Positions 14,520 through 26,361 of a stretch of 64,000 nucleotides of DNA are shown piece after piece. This DNA comes from Mizuhopecten yessoensis (Eukaryota). The stretch covers positions 1,830,946 through 1,894,945 of the forward strand of contig NW_018407435.1 in NCBI RefSeq assembly GCF_002113885.1, in the 5' to 3' direction. The notes under the pieces were generated by a model. The model was not told where the DNA came from. It worked only from the letters and a program-made list of their open reading frames with translations, and did not search any database. How positions within the stretch are numbered: the first letter of the stretch is position 1; each line of letters begins with the position of its first letter. A program made the position numbers and the translations under genes.

Positions 14520-16379
14520 TCTAAACAGTTTATCATGTATACTAGCAGTAGTAGCAGAAGGTGTCACTTTGCTTGCCACCAGAATATATATACATATGAC
14601 AAGATGAAGTTTGGTTTATATGGCAGTATTAAATGTCGTGTTAAAATGTTAAATGGTTAATTAAGTAATTAAAACATAAATTTTCACTTCTCAAACATCT
14701 ACATGTTAAGGGACAGCATAACAGCTGTTGACCAGCTGTAGCTAAATTAGAACACCCAACTAGAGCTTGGAAGTTCCAAGTTCGAATATAAGTTTGGCCC
14801 CATACAATGTAGCATTTTTCCTCCTGGTATATAAGTCTAATGCTTCTGTTTGTTAGTAGGTGTGGCCTGTACTATGTACCAGCCCTTCTATATGAATGGT
14901 ATATCAGTGTCGGATTTATTGCATTCCCATCACGTTTACAAGTACAGGTCTGTTTATTAGTAAAATTACAGTAATTATAACATGTACGTACCTGAGAGTT
15001 ACCAGCTACTAGATTATTTGTTTACGTGGTTCCAGCTTGGTATGAAGGTTACAGTGTGCCAGGAGCAATGGGCTGTGAAAATTAATTCCCAGTGTCTGTA
15101 AAATATGTTACAAGAATGCACAGTGCACACTTATGATTAATTACAGGCTGCAACCAGATGGTAGCTCTTGACTTTCATTTCACCACTTAACAATTAAAAG
15201 TCTCACGAAACATTAGCAGCTTTATCCACAGACATGGTTTATAATATGTATGGTATCAAACAATTTATTTGACATAAAAATTGAGTGATGATTGTGAATT
15301 ACTCAAACGCACGTTTTCACTGAAAATATCTATATTCCTAATGTATTTTTAGCCTACCTGTCCAAAGTGCAGGTCAATTCATGCACTAGCGCAATGTCCA
15401 TTGTCTGTGGTCAGATTTTCCTTTGAAAAACTACTATTCCAGAGCAGTTGAGGAGATTTTGGCTAAATTTGATTCGGAACATCCTTGGACAAAGGAGACA
15501 TTGTTTAAATGATATAAACATCATATAATTAACAAGTGTTTTCTGAGCATGAATACAAAGATGAGTAAGATCATGCTACCATGAGAAGCCTAGGGTTCTG
15601 GCCTCACCGCTGGGGACTTAAGTTCCATGGACATATCATGGAAATGATTGAGTTTCAAACCCGTAACCATATACATAATATGTACAGATATATAAATGAA
15701 TATGGATCTCAACAAAATATGCTTTATGAAACATCTTTGGTCTTTGTTTATAGATGAAAGGACTAAACGGAACCCTGGATCATATGAACAGTGTACATTC
15801 CAAGATGTTTATAGAAATGTTTTATGTTGTAGAAATTTTTGATGTTGTACAAAGGCAAAATACAGCTAGGAACAATTCCGAAATGGTTTCTATGTTTACT
15901 GTATAGTTAGTATTTTACGCTGGAAATTTAATTTCGCTAATTATTTGCAGTCACCAATTTAAAGATAGCACTTACTAAATACCAAGCGAATATTAATACC
16001 ACAATATTTTCCCATGAAAACATAGTTATATATACAGAAATAAATCTGTTACCTGTTCACTGCCAAATAATGAAGATAAAACAACAATTCAATGTCATAT
16101 TTTACTTTATTTTCACAAAACATATGTAAAATAAATCTCATCACCCAAGTGCAAAAGTACACTCCTCTGCCAACGCGATATTTTCACCTGGCCATATTGC
16201 ACGAAATTTAACCCCTGCAAACTGGTTCTGATCGGGACAACCATGAAAATATAGCCCCACGAAATTTAACAGTATACTGTATCTTAAAATCTCTCATGTT
16301 TATATTCATATCTTTACAGATATGCATACAACCCAAGCTGACATTGAAAATCCCTGTCCTGACATTGCCACCTATAGTG

Positions 16380-16583
16380 ATGGTAAACAAGGCGCCGAGC
16401 GACATCAGCACCGGGAGCAGTCAGTACGAGTACATCAAGTGTGTAGTCGTCGGCGACTCGGGCGTGGGCAAGACATGCTTGGTGCGGGCCTGGGCCTGCG
16501 ACACTAAGTACAGATTAGAACAGCTGGTCAAGACCCATGTATCAACGGTTTGGGCTACTGACCACTACAGGAATGACAAGGAG
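16380..16583 (+). CDS. RHOBTB: RhoBTB coding exon 1 (exon begins 16320; P-loop)
   Basis: tctttacag acceptor at 16318-16319; MVNKAPSD...[18 protein letters not shown]...[16 protein letters not shown]|gtcagt. Confidence 0.9.
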
Positions 16584-19500
16584 GTCAGTTATTAGCTCAC
16601 CTGCCCTAAGGGCTAGTGAACTTAATATGCTGTGGTGTGGCGTCTGTCGTCCGTCGTCCGTCAACTTTTCCTTTAAACAACTTCTTTTGAAGAATGGACA
16701 GGCCTAAAGTCATGATAATTTGGTGATAGCTTCGTTGGTTAGCGCCCAATAAAGTTTAAGAACAAAAATGACCTTGACCTACTATGAAGGTCACAGGGAT
16801 CAAAAGTTTCAAATACTTAAAACGACTTCTTCTGTAGAACTGATAGGTATAGAATCTTAATATGTGGCTCGTAGCTTTTTGGTAGAGAGCCCAACAAAGT
16901 TTGAGAATGAAAATGACCACAACCTACTTTCAAGGTCACAGGGGTCAAAAGTATCAAATACTCTAAGTGACCTCTTCTGAATAATTTAAAGGCATAGAAT
17001 TATAATATTTGGCTGGTAACTGTCACAGATGTAGCCTGACAAAGTTTGCTATTGAAAATTACCTCAACCTACTTTCAAGGTCACAGTGTGGTCAAATATG
17101 TCAAACACTTAGACCAACTTCTCCTGAGGAACTGAAACGTATAGAATCTTTATATTTTGCTGGTAGCTTTTTTGGATAGTTCCCGACAAAGTTTGAGGAT
17201 GAAAATGACCTTGACTTACTATCAAGGTCACAGGGGTCAAATATGTCAAACTTATCAAACGACTTTTCCTGAATAATTAGAATGCATAGAATCATATTAT
17301 TTGGATGGTTGCTTCTTGGAATTGAGCCCAACAATGTTTAAATATCCAGGTGAGCGACACAGGCCCTCTGGGCCTCTTGTTATAAGTGCATCGGTCGGTC
17401 AGTATCTAAAGTTTTCAAATTTGATCACTGTATGTTTTCAATTGATCAGTTTATTATACGCTGTTTGTAAAAAAAAAATCATTACATTAATGTTCAAAAT
17501 CAAGGATAATTAGTTATTATTTTAGTGCCTAAACTGTTTGTGACCTGAAATACTCAAATTTACAATGAACATGTATCATAATGATTTTTCGGATTTTTCG
17601 TTCTGTCATTTTATTCCATTGTTTTTTTCGCAGGTTCTTGATAGATCCTGGTGCCATGTAGATGATTGCCGAGTCTCCCTACGATTATGGGATACCTTTG
17701 GTTACCATGACAAAGACAGAGGATTTGCCTACAAAGGGTAAACAGTCATAAAAAAAAATGATGAAACTCTGATTGCCTGAAACTTTTTCAACTTCACAAT
17801 TTCCTGTAGACCATTTTATACTTCAACGAATGTGAAAGTTTTATTTGTAATTTAGCTAGTTGCATGTATTATGTATTTTCAGGGCTGATGTTGTGCTCCT
17901 GGTATTCAGTGTTGTAAAGCCAAATTCTCTACGCAATATTCTTTCAAAATGGCAGACAGAAATAAAGAATGAATGTTCCACGACCCCCGTTGTCGTTGCT
18001 GGGACTCATGCAGACATGCGCTTCCTGTACAAGGACCAGCATTACCGGGGCATGGAGAAGGGTTTGTTGTACAAGTAAGTTGTCAGTTCATCATCAAACT
18101 AGGGAACATTTTCAGCTCTGACCTGATTTGGAAGCAAAGTGGAAATTATGAGTGAAAAAAATTCGAGTTCAATGTAGCCTCATTTTCACATTTTAACTCA
18201 ATGGAGTTGGAATATTTGATAAGAGGTTGGTTGGTTTACGGATTTAATGCCTACATGACACCACCGATCAGTTTTGTTTCACTGACGGAGGTCGGTGTTC
18301 TGTCAGTGTGCGATAAGGGGTACAAACCCATTCTCTTTACAGCATATAGTCCTTCAATCTGATTGGTTGTGTTTGCACTTTAACATTGATATTTAAGTCA
18401 TTTTCACCGAACAAAGGTTGCAGATGTAAGTAAGTAAGAGGTATTCACCTAGAATTTCTGCCCATTCTTTCACAGTTTGAAGAAATGTCTGCTTAATTTC
18501 TTTCGTAAAAGATACGTCAATTTATTATTAGCAGTTCCTGATATTATTTTTAAAAATAGGCTACGCGCTGGTCATACGAGTAATAAACGTGATGTAAAGA
18601 GTGACAAAAGCGTTTGAAGGTCCGAATTCTGTGTGGCCAGAGAATATTACTCCACCATGTGCTCTTGTTTGAAATAAACTACACTTCATGTATTACTATC
18701 TGCATCAAATAAAGCTTATTTACACCAGGAAGCTGAATGGTACTGTAACTTCCCTGTTGTTTCGTCCAATATCAAAAATCTGTGATGAACAGGAATGTCT
18801 GGGTGATGTGTGATTGCATGCTCTGAAACTTCCGTTGATGCATTGAACTTCCCTGTGCAGTAATAACACCGGAATTGTCTAAGTTCAGCCATGTATCCTC
18901 TGAAAATGAATATACAGTAGATAGGTCACTCAGATTGTGGATGATACGTTTTTCATCAATCATAGCCTAGTAATAGTAAGCGTTTCCCAAAATGAAATAT
19001 TCTCCGAATTCCTTATTCTCATAACAGGGTACCATGGGAGGAGCAGAACCTACTTACCCCAACAGTAATTCTGATTTCATTTCCAACTTTTGTAGGGGTT
19101 AATGTTTATCCTCTCATGTATACTTGTTACAGTAAAGTGCTTTAATTTCGCTGTGTCAAAATTTTGTGTTTTCATACCTAGAGCAAATTTGCACTACATG
19201 ATTCCCATGTGTCAGAATTCATACACGACACAGCTGTCACAGACAACTACTGGTGATGTTTTCCTAATTTCATGTGTTTGGTGTTGCCCGTTTGACATCG
19301 ATTTTAATTAGGTATTTTTTTTACTGCTAAGATGTTAATAGAGCGATAATTCCTTTTAACTCAAACCTAACATGTTACCTGTCCCCCTGACTGCCTGCAG
19401 TATTAGCATGCAATTGGGTGAAATGTCTCTATGATTATTGACAGCTTACTTAATTTACTTGATTGAGCCCACTGTGCCTTAGTGAGCTGTTTTCAGCGGT

Positions 19501-22500
19501 TAAGAGTCGAGACACCAGTCGTTTACACTCTTTGCTTGACAAATTAAAGAAAACAGACGTTTTCTAAATCTCACAAAATAAGGTTACAATTCCTGTTTGT
19601 GTTCAAAACCAACTTGGCCTTTATAAATCAATACTAAACTGATGAATCGTATTCCTAACACAAGTATAATACTTGTACGACCCGCGTGTGATAGTCGACC
19701 ATTGTGAGCATATTCTGTACAGTTGTAAAGATAAACTTGCTACTTTGTAGAACAGTCTTATTGGCATAGACATATACATTAGATTTTTAAATAAGAAGCT
19801 GTGTGTTTGTATGAAGAAACATTAAAGAATTTTACACTAAAATGGGAACTGTACGTTACCATGGAAACAATGTGTGTTTTCAGGGCGATAGATAAAGGTG
19901 ACATCATTACGCCCGACCAAGGACGTGAGGTGGCACGGATGATTGGTGCTCCGTACTACGAGACCAGCATCCTTTTCAACTACGGCATCGAGGATGTCTT
20001 CTTCAATGTAGTGAGAGCAGCCATGGTCGAGAGACGTAAAATAAAATTTTGGAACACACAGCTACGACGTATACAGTATCCTCTGATCCAATCACCACTG
20101 CAGGTTCCTCAGTCTTCATTTCCAACAGTCACCGTGGCAGCATCAACTTTTGACCTTAACCTTGCACAGTTGTTTAAAGATCAAAATGATGGTGATATCA
20201 TCTTTAATGTCCGGGGCGTACGTATCCGCGCACACAAGATCTGTTTGGTTATTGCTTCTGAACTTTTCCGTGAAATTCTCTTGATGGACATAAAGGAGCA
20301 AGAAGGCGGTAGTGTTCCTCAGACTAATGGAAGGACGGAGAAAAGAACTAACAAAGAGGACGAACAGGTGCTTTTGGATAATGAGGATATTCTAGAAGAA
20401 TCTCCCATCATTGATGCAAATTCTAATTGTTCGGATGACCGTATGGTACGGCATGGCAGACGAGACATTATCAGCACAAGATATTTGAACCATGCAGCAT
20501 TTGAAAAAGTTGAAACAGTACGTAGCAAGAACTCAACAGGTGAAGGTGTTCAGCAGACAGTCGTCACGGTTACGCAGGAAATCACGCCCCAGGCATTACA
20601 GTGCGTCCTGGAGTACTTGTATACTGGTCGGGTGCGAGAGGAATACAGTCAGTTGTTGGAGGTACAACAAGCTGCCGAGCTTCTCAAGTTGTTCCCTATG
20701 CTGGTGGCTCTGTCTAACTTACAAACCCAGGAGACTTACCTCAACCTGGGTCTGGAGAAACGATTCCACACCGACAGAGTGGATAAGCTTCAGGAGTTGA
20801 TTTTTGAACAGGGGCTCCTAAAGGGTAAGTTGAATTCTCCTTGGGGCTTCTAAAGGGTAAGTTGAATTCTCCTAGGGGCTCCTAAAGGGTAAGTTGAATT
20901 TTAATAGGGGCTTCAAAAGGGTAAGTGATATTGTAAAAGTGAGAAAAAAACCTTTCTTATAGGGGCATCTAAAGGAGAACTTACAACTAGAGATTAACAA
21001 ATTAACTTGCAGTATGTCAAACCATTTTTGAGCAGCCTCTAAATGGTCACATTATTATACTATAGGAGTTTCCAGAGGCTAATACTATTATGATAGGGGC
21101 ATCTGTTAAGTGTGATAATTTCTTTGATGGTTAGCATATATAGCCAATATCATAAGTAAATAACATGTTCATTAAGAGAAGTAGAGAAAAAATCCAATAA
21201 TGAATGTCTAGTTGCAATCACAATGTTAAAAGTTGTGCTGATAACAACAGTTCCATTACACCTGTGTTTTGCAGACATCCATTTTGAGGTAGACGATGGA
21301 GTGGTAGGTGCCCATAAGCCCCTGCTCATCGCGCGCTGTGAGATGATGTGTGCCATGTTTACTGACAACTTCCTGGAGGCCTCCGCTCATGTGGTTTGTT
21401 TTAATTCCTTCCTCCAACCTTCAAAATCCTTAATCTTCACAGCCCTTAACCCTTTACCATAACTTCCAACCAGCCAGGGGCTGTGGTGGCCGAGTGGTTA
21501 GGGCATCTGACATTCTGCTACCACTAGCCCTCCACCACTGGGTCGCGGGTTCGAGGCCTAAGTGGGTCAGTTGCCAGGTAATGACCGCAGGTCAGTGGTT
21601 TTTACTCCAGGTACTCTGGCTTTCCTCCACCTCCAAAGCCTGGTACCAAATTTGTAAGCCCTCAAATTCTCCAACCCTTAACCCCAAAGTCCATACCACC
21701 TAGCATGTAAATCTTAAAATTTTAAAAACACAACTCCTAAACCCTCAAATTCCTGAACCCCATATCTAGCTTCCATATCACCAAATGCAAAGTCACACTT
21801 CAAAAACTCAAACTGCCCAACTGCCAAACCCCTGAAATATAAGGATGGACACTCAAGGGTGATTTTGTGGTTCCATTGATTTCTAGATTTTTTCCTATTC
21901 AAATGGTTCATATCTTTATACACAAAGCCCACATAGTGTTTGAACAGCTATTGTTTAGCCTAAAATGGTATGCTTATCTCAAAAAGTGAGAAAGTTAAAC
22001 AAATACGGAATTACATATAAGGGAGGACTACTACTTTTGGGAAACACTATTTAGACTTGAAAATCCTTTCTATTTATAGAGACATTTACACTTGGGGAAC
22101 ACTGTATATCTTTACTTAGACTGGGAATTCCCTGTCAATTTATAGATTCCTTTACCTGATGTGACCTGTGAGGTATTTGGTGTCCTACAAGAGTACCTAT
22201 ACACAGACAAGATACAGAGTCTGGACTCTGTAGACCAGCTGGCTCTCATTGCTGTGGCCAACCGCCTCTGTCTACCCCACCTAATCTCCTTGGTAGAGGA
22301 CTATGTTGTGACGGAGCTGAGCCGAGCCGCACGATGTGACGAGGACATTTTGGAGGAAGTGCTCATGTTGATAGAGCCATCTCAGGTAATTACATATATA
22401 AGGATGAATAGAATCTTCCCCTACCTTGAGGGTGTGACAGAGAAATCTCCAACCCGAGGGATGATTTTCTTGATTGTCTTACCCGAGGCTTTGCCGAGAC

Positions 22501-25353
22501 ATTCGAGAATATCATCCCGAGGGAGATTTCTGTCACACCCTCAAGGTAGGGAATGATTGTTTTTCTCTCATCCTGTTTCACTCACAAATCCACTGACAAG
22601 TGTGATTGCATGAAATATAAGCGGTAATTGCATGTTTTTCCAGCAAATCTAGAGTTGTCTCCCATGGTCTGCTACTATTGATGTGACGTCATACTATTGT
22701 TATGACTTAGATCGCACGAATCTGCAGGAGGCTTTTCCCCCTAGTAGGTGACAAGCTGATCTTTTCCGGATTAAAAGGGAGACACACCTGTGATTCAGGG
22801 TGGGAGAAGTCATCAGGAACGATCAAAGCTGAACAACTGCTCATACCCAAAGTTCTTTTAATAACCAGTTATAGTTCTGAGGCCCCTAAAATCGCAGATT
22901 TGTTATTTTGATACAATTCATTGGATCTGTTTTACACAGATTTCAGGTCTAGTGGATGTGTCAAATAGTACTATGGTAAGGATAGATGTAGTTTGCAGGA
23001 TTTGTTTTTCTCAGAAAATTGTTGCAACAAAAATCTCGAAAGTGAAACCTTCATAAAAACCAATGAAATTTAATTTTTGACCATCTGAGCATTAGTCATA
23101 TTGCTCAATGTTTGATGTTCTATGTTCATTCAAGGTTCATTTAATGTTCATCACCCCTCAGATGACTGGAACCAGTTTACTGTATGTTATAATTTAGTGG
23201 AATCTCACGTATGTATGCTGGGTTATGAATAATTGATCGAAGGTGTGTCAACTTCTTCCTTGAAACATCTTCATTAGTAACAAATTAGGCCAGGGTAATA
23301 ATCTGTTTGCCTGTAGCATGCTAGGTTAAATTGGGCTATCAAGTTTGTTCAAGTGAATGACCTTGACCCAGATGTTTCAGTATTTATTAGCATGTCAATG
23401 TTCATTCAAATACAATTTTCTTTTAACTGTTCAGAAATATTAGTACATTGTTGTGTTATCTGAGGGTGATTAAGCTAGATATCGCTGAGCCTTGTGAATA
23501 ATTTATGAGAGGAAGATGTGAAATTGAATGTAGTAAATGGACAAAATTGTCTAGATATAGCACTTGGAAAAATGGATTGATTAAAGCACTTTGTGTACCT
23601 TTGTTAAGCCATTACACAAACCTACCAAAGCTAGCTGTGTTTTATACGACCTTAAAGCTAGAGTGAGGTCCTTGGTGTCTTTACAATTGTGATGTCATAG
23701 TCATAACGTTTGATAATGATGACCAATACTGGCTGGATGCTATTTCACTTAAGAGCTCATGGGCCATGTGAACTTATACCATACCACAGTTTAGCATCCC
23801 TCATCTCTCCCTCTGTGCAGCAACATTTCCTTTAAAACACTAATGGTTCTGAAAGGCTGAGTGGATTTTAACCAAATTTAATCTGACTATTGTTAGGCCA
23901 AGAGGACTCAACATTACATAAACAGAGGGTGTGGCATCTCCTTGGGGCAGAGGAACAGTGCCCAGATAGGGAGATACAAATAAATCTTTCATAGACGCGT
24001 TTAGTGCAGGTAATTAAACCATGACAACATCACAACAGTGGTTAACAGTGGTCAACATATCAAGTCTACTGTTTCCTTATAAAATGTTTAAAAATCATTG
24101 CCAAATCATTGCTGTACTGGGCAAGTTCCCTTAAGACAGGTATCTAGTTCTGCTTGTTTAACAGTTAAATCAAGAATGATATTGAATGCTTCAATGAATA
24201 TGATTGGTTACATTTTTTACCGATAGTTCCACAATGCACTCCAGTTAGCTGCCTGGTGTCAGCATTACGTGTGTATCCATTACCGTGAGGCCAGTAAAAG
24301 GTTTTGCCGGGAGTTGCGTAGCCTACAGAAGGAGAACTTGGCATTAATAGAGGAGAACCAATGGCCTCCAGTGTGGTGAGTATCTGTAACTTAGGGTCGA
24401 CAATGGTAAGCCGATTACTTAAATTCCCTCGCAACAAAACAGGGGATATAGGATTCCACCCGTACGTATGTACGTGTGTTACACTCTTTTTCATCACTCT
24501 AGCGACTTCATTCCTCAACGGAATTTCATGAAACTTCATACAAGTGTTAAGTATGACAATACCTTGAATAAGTTCTCGTTTCGGGTTTCTATGTTGAAGG
24601 TCAAGGTCACTGTTACTTTTTTTTAGAAAAAACTTTGCCATCGCTCTTGCGACTTCATTTCCTCTTACATATGTCACAATGTGTGAATGCGAAGGGATTT
24701 GTATCACTTGTGATGCCCTGTTGGTTATAAAATTTAAGAACTGAATAGTTAGATATCTAACTGTCCCATAGGTAGCCCCATGTTTACCTGGGTTAGTATC
24801 CATCTATGAGCTATGTTAATGTTGTTTTGCATTTATGCAGTAGGAAAGAGATGCTAGCTGACAGGGAAATGTTAAATCTGGACAGGTTTTAAAAAGGGGC
24901 CAAAAGGCAAACTTGTGAAATTCCATTTTTGCAATGACCCAGGCGGGTCTCTCCTTTGTTAATTTGATAAAACTGTATACGGGTACAAACGTCACATATA
25001 TCTCTGCTAACAAGTTTGACTTATGTCCTACAGATCTGCAAATCAAATTTTGAAAATAAACTTTTGTATATTCATGTGTCATTGGCAGTACAAACTGCCC
25101 TGTTTAAAAATTACTCAAGTCTTAAACAGGATATTTCTTTGAAATGGTTGTCGTTTAATAATGGTCTTTATCATACAGGTATGTTAAGGAGAAAGAACGA
25201 TATGACCAGCTGATGGGACAAAAGACTCCCAGTCTTCACATCCAGCGGAAGGCCCAGTTCTCACGCTGGCAGCAGTGCAAGGGCTCCTGTTTCTGTTTCT
25301 GTCGTCGAAGCAGGGTGTTAGTGGAAGAAGATAATTATGACTTCCCAATGTGA
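16380..25353 (+). CDS. RHOBTB: Rho-related BTB domain-containing protein (RhoBTB1/2-like), 8 coding exons: join(16380-16583,17634-17737,17883-18074,19884-20824,21275-21393,22146-22385,24227-24375,25179-25353), 2124 nt, 707 aa
   Basis: Rho GTPase motifs [24 protein letters not shown] and PYYETS; split BTB1; BTB2 [10 protein letters not shown]...[13 protein letters not shown]; C-terminal [11 protein letters not shown]...WPPVWY typical of RhoBTB. All introns are GT-AG with compatible phases. The start codon is inferred because the frame is open back to the acceptor at 16319. Confidence 0.93.
16591..17381 (+). mobile_element. Non-autonomous Helentron-type element (HINE/Pearl-like) with internal ~145-bp tandem repeats
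   Basis: 5' TTAGCTCACCTG; (GTCC/GTC) microsatellite; repeats with tgaccttgacct...aaggtcac at ~16769, 16913, 17060, 17206; 3' CAGGTGAGC inverted match, AGGCCC-tct-GGGCCT hairpin, CTTGTT end. Confidence 0.8.
17634..17737 (+). CDS. RHOBTB: RhoBTB coding exon 2 (G3 region)
   Basis: tttttttcgcag|[35 protein letters not shown]|gtaaac; not in ORF track. Confidence 0.95.
17883..18074 (+). CDS. RHOBTB: RhoBTB coding exon 3
   Basis: ttttcag|[46 protein letters not shown]...LLYK|gtaagt. Confidence 0.95.
19884..20824 (+). CDS. RHOBTB: RhoBTB coding exon 4 (end of GTPase domain, linker, split BTB1)
   Basis: ttttcag|[28 protein letters not shown]...AHKICL...VLEYLYTG...GLLK-G|gtaagt. Confidence 0.95.
20811..20927 (+). 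repeat. 32-bp tandem repeat spanning the exon 4 splice donor (4 copies)
   Basis: GGGGCTCCTAAAGG|GTAAGTTGAATTCTCC; GT at 20825, 20857, 20889, 20921. Confidence 0.92.
21275..21393 (+). CDS. RHOBTB: RhoBTB coding exon 5 (BTB2 start)
   Basis: ttttgcag|[40 protein letters not shown]|gtttgt; an in-frame donor 3 nt earlier is also possible. Confidence 0.92.
21477..21646 (+). mobile_element. tRNA-derived V-domain SINE in RhoBTB intron
   Basis: A box TGGCCGAGTGG, B box GGTTCGAGGCC, then gtggtttttactccaggtactctggctttcctccac (V-core like). Confidence 0.75.
22146..22385 (+). CDS. RHOBTB: RhoBTB coding exon 6 (BTB2)
   Basis: tttatag|[21 protein letters not shown]...[14 protein letters not shown]...EPSQ|gtaatt. 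Confidence 0.95.
22416..22810. mobile_element. Hairpin-type non-autonomous element (Crypton-like) in RhoBTB intron 6
   Basis: ccctaccttgagggtgtgacaga / tctgtcacaccctcaaggtaggg perfect arms (22416-22553), with TGACGTCA at 22684. Confidence 0.6.
24227..24375 (+). CDS. RHOBTB: RhoBTB coding exon 7
   Basis: ccgatag|[51 protein letters not shown]|gtgagt; not in ORF track. Confidence 0.95.
24423..24665 (+). mobile_element. Truncated Pearl/HINE-like element
   Basis: ccctcgcaacaaaacaggggatatag start, (CGTA) microsatellite, aatttcatgaaacttc, aaggtcaaggtca, internal repeat gcgacttcatt. Confidence 0.55.
25179..25353 (+). CDS. RHOBTB: RhoBTB last coding exon
   Basis: tcatacag|G completes Trp; [15 protein letters not shown]...[32 protein letters not shown]. 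Confidence 0.9.
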
Positions 25354-26270
25354 AAACTGCTGAAAGGGGAGATAATTCAGGGCTTTCAGTTTACTTTACC
25401 CTTAAACCTTATCACTAGTTATTAAAAACACTTGTCACCATCACAAAATGTTTGAATACTCAAATTTATCCACTTCGATGATATTATATTCCGAGGAAAT
25501 GCAACGAGCCAAACTGAAACCACTGAAAAGTCGGCACTTCTCCAGGTGAGCTGCCTGCATCATTCAAGAGTGTCACTATCATCACTTCTTCGTAGTATGA
25601 CAAAGCCTGTTCCTCAAAGACATGCTGTTACCTAAGTGAGTTTGATTGTCTCGTTGTTAGAAAATGTCTGTGATAGTGCTATAGGTACCCATCTGTAATA
25701 GAAGTGGTCAAATACTAAGGGGGTTCAAACCCTGTAAAGACCTATGTAATTCCAGACACGGAAAAAAAGTCCAGGTGTTATATTTACCTGGTCGATTAAC
25801 AGAAGAAATCTCCAGAAAATAGAATTATAGCGTGAAACCTAATTCTGCGATATTGTTGCGATGTATGTTAAAGGAGACGTATAAAAGCATGTAATATAAA
25901 GTCTTTGATGTGTTTCATGCTGAAGTTGTGATAAAACCTGTCTAGATATACCAGTATCGTCGTCATCAAAATTGTGACCCTTTTTGTGATCTAATCAATT
26001 GTTTGCCTCCCCATACTTGATGTCGCCTTTTTTGTATTACCATGACAACAGTTATATCCTCTTGTCTGTCCCCTGTGATATCATCAACACGCACAATTTT
26101 CAAGAAACATGTCCCCAAGATCATGAAAATATTAAGGCTTCAGTCCAAATTAGGATGTTGTTTTATTCTTCAATTCCTCGTTAAATTGTCAAGATAAATA
26201 TTTATTGCATTGACGTTTAAAATTTGAACATAAATCTTTGACTGTTTCATGATCCTGGGGCGAGGTCTTG

Positions 26271-26361
26271 TTAACTCACTCACCCCTGAAGACACATTTG
26301 AACTCTTCCAATTCAAAGGTTGGAATAGTTCATCATGAAACTTCAGGGGTGAATGAGTTAA
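26271..26361. mobile_element. ~90-bp TTAA-bounded MITE, copy 2
   Basis: Same TIRs and internal gacacatttgaac...aattcaa.ggttgg.atagttcat as 1557-1647. Confidence 0.8.

Noticed and set aside
13380-14579. 399-, 360-, 189- and 107-aa minus-strand ORFs
   Set aside because: Translations of a 31-bp tandem repeat that is open in several frames; no unique protein sequence.
19801-19883. ORF-track N-terminal extension of the 350-aa ORF
   Set aside because: Intronic; homology and the ttttcag acceptor place the exon start at 19884.
24165-24803. 212-aa minus-strand ORF
   Set aside because: Antisense to RhoBTB exon 7 and a Pearl/HINE-like repeat; no recognisable protein.
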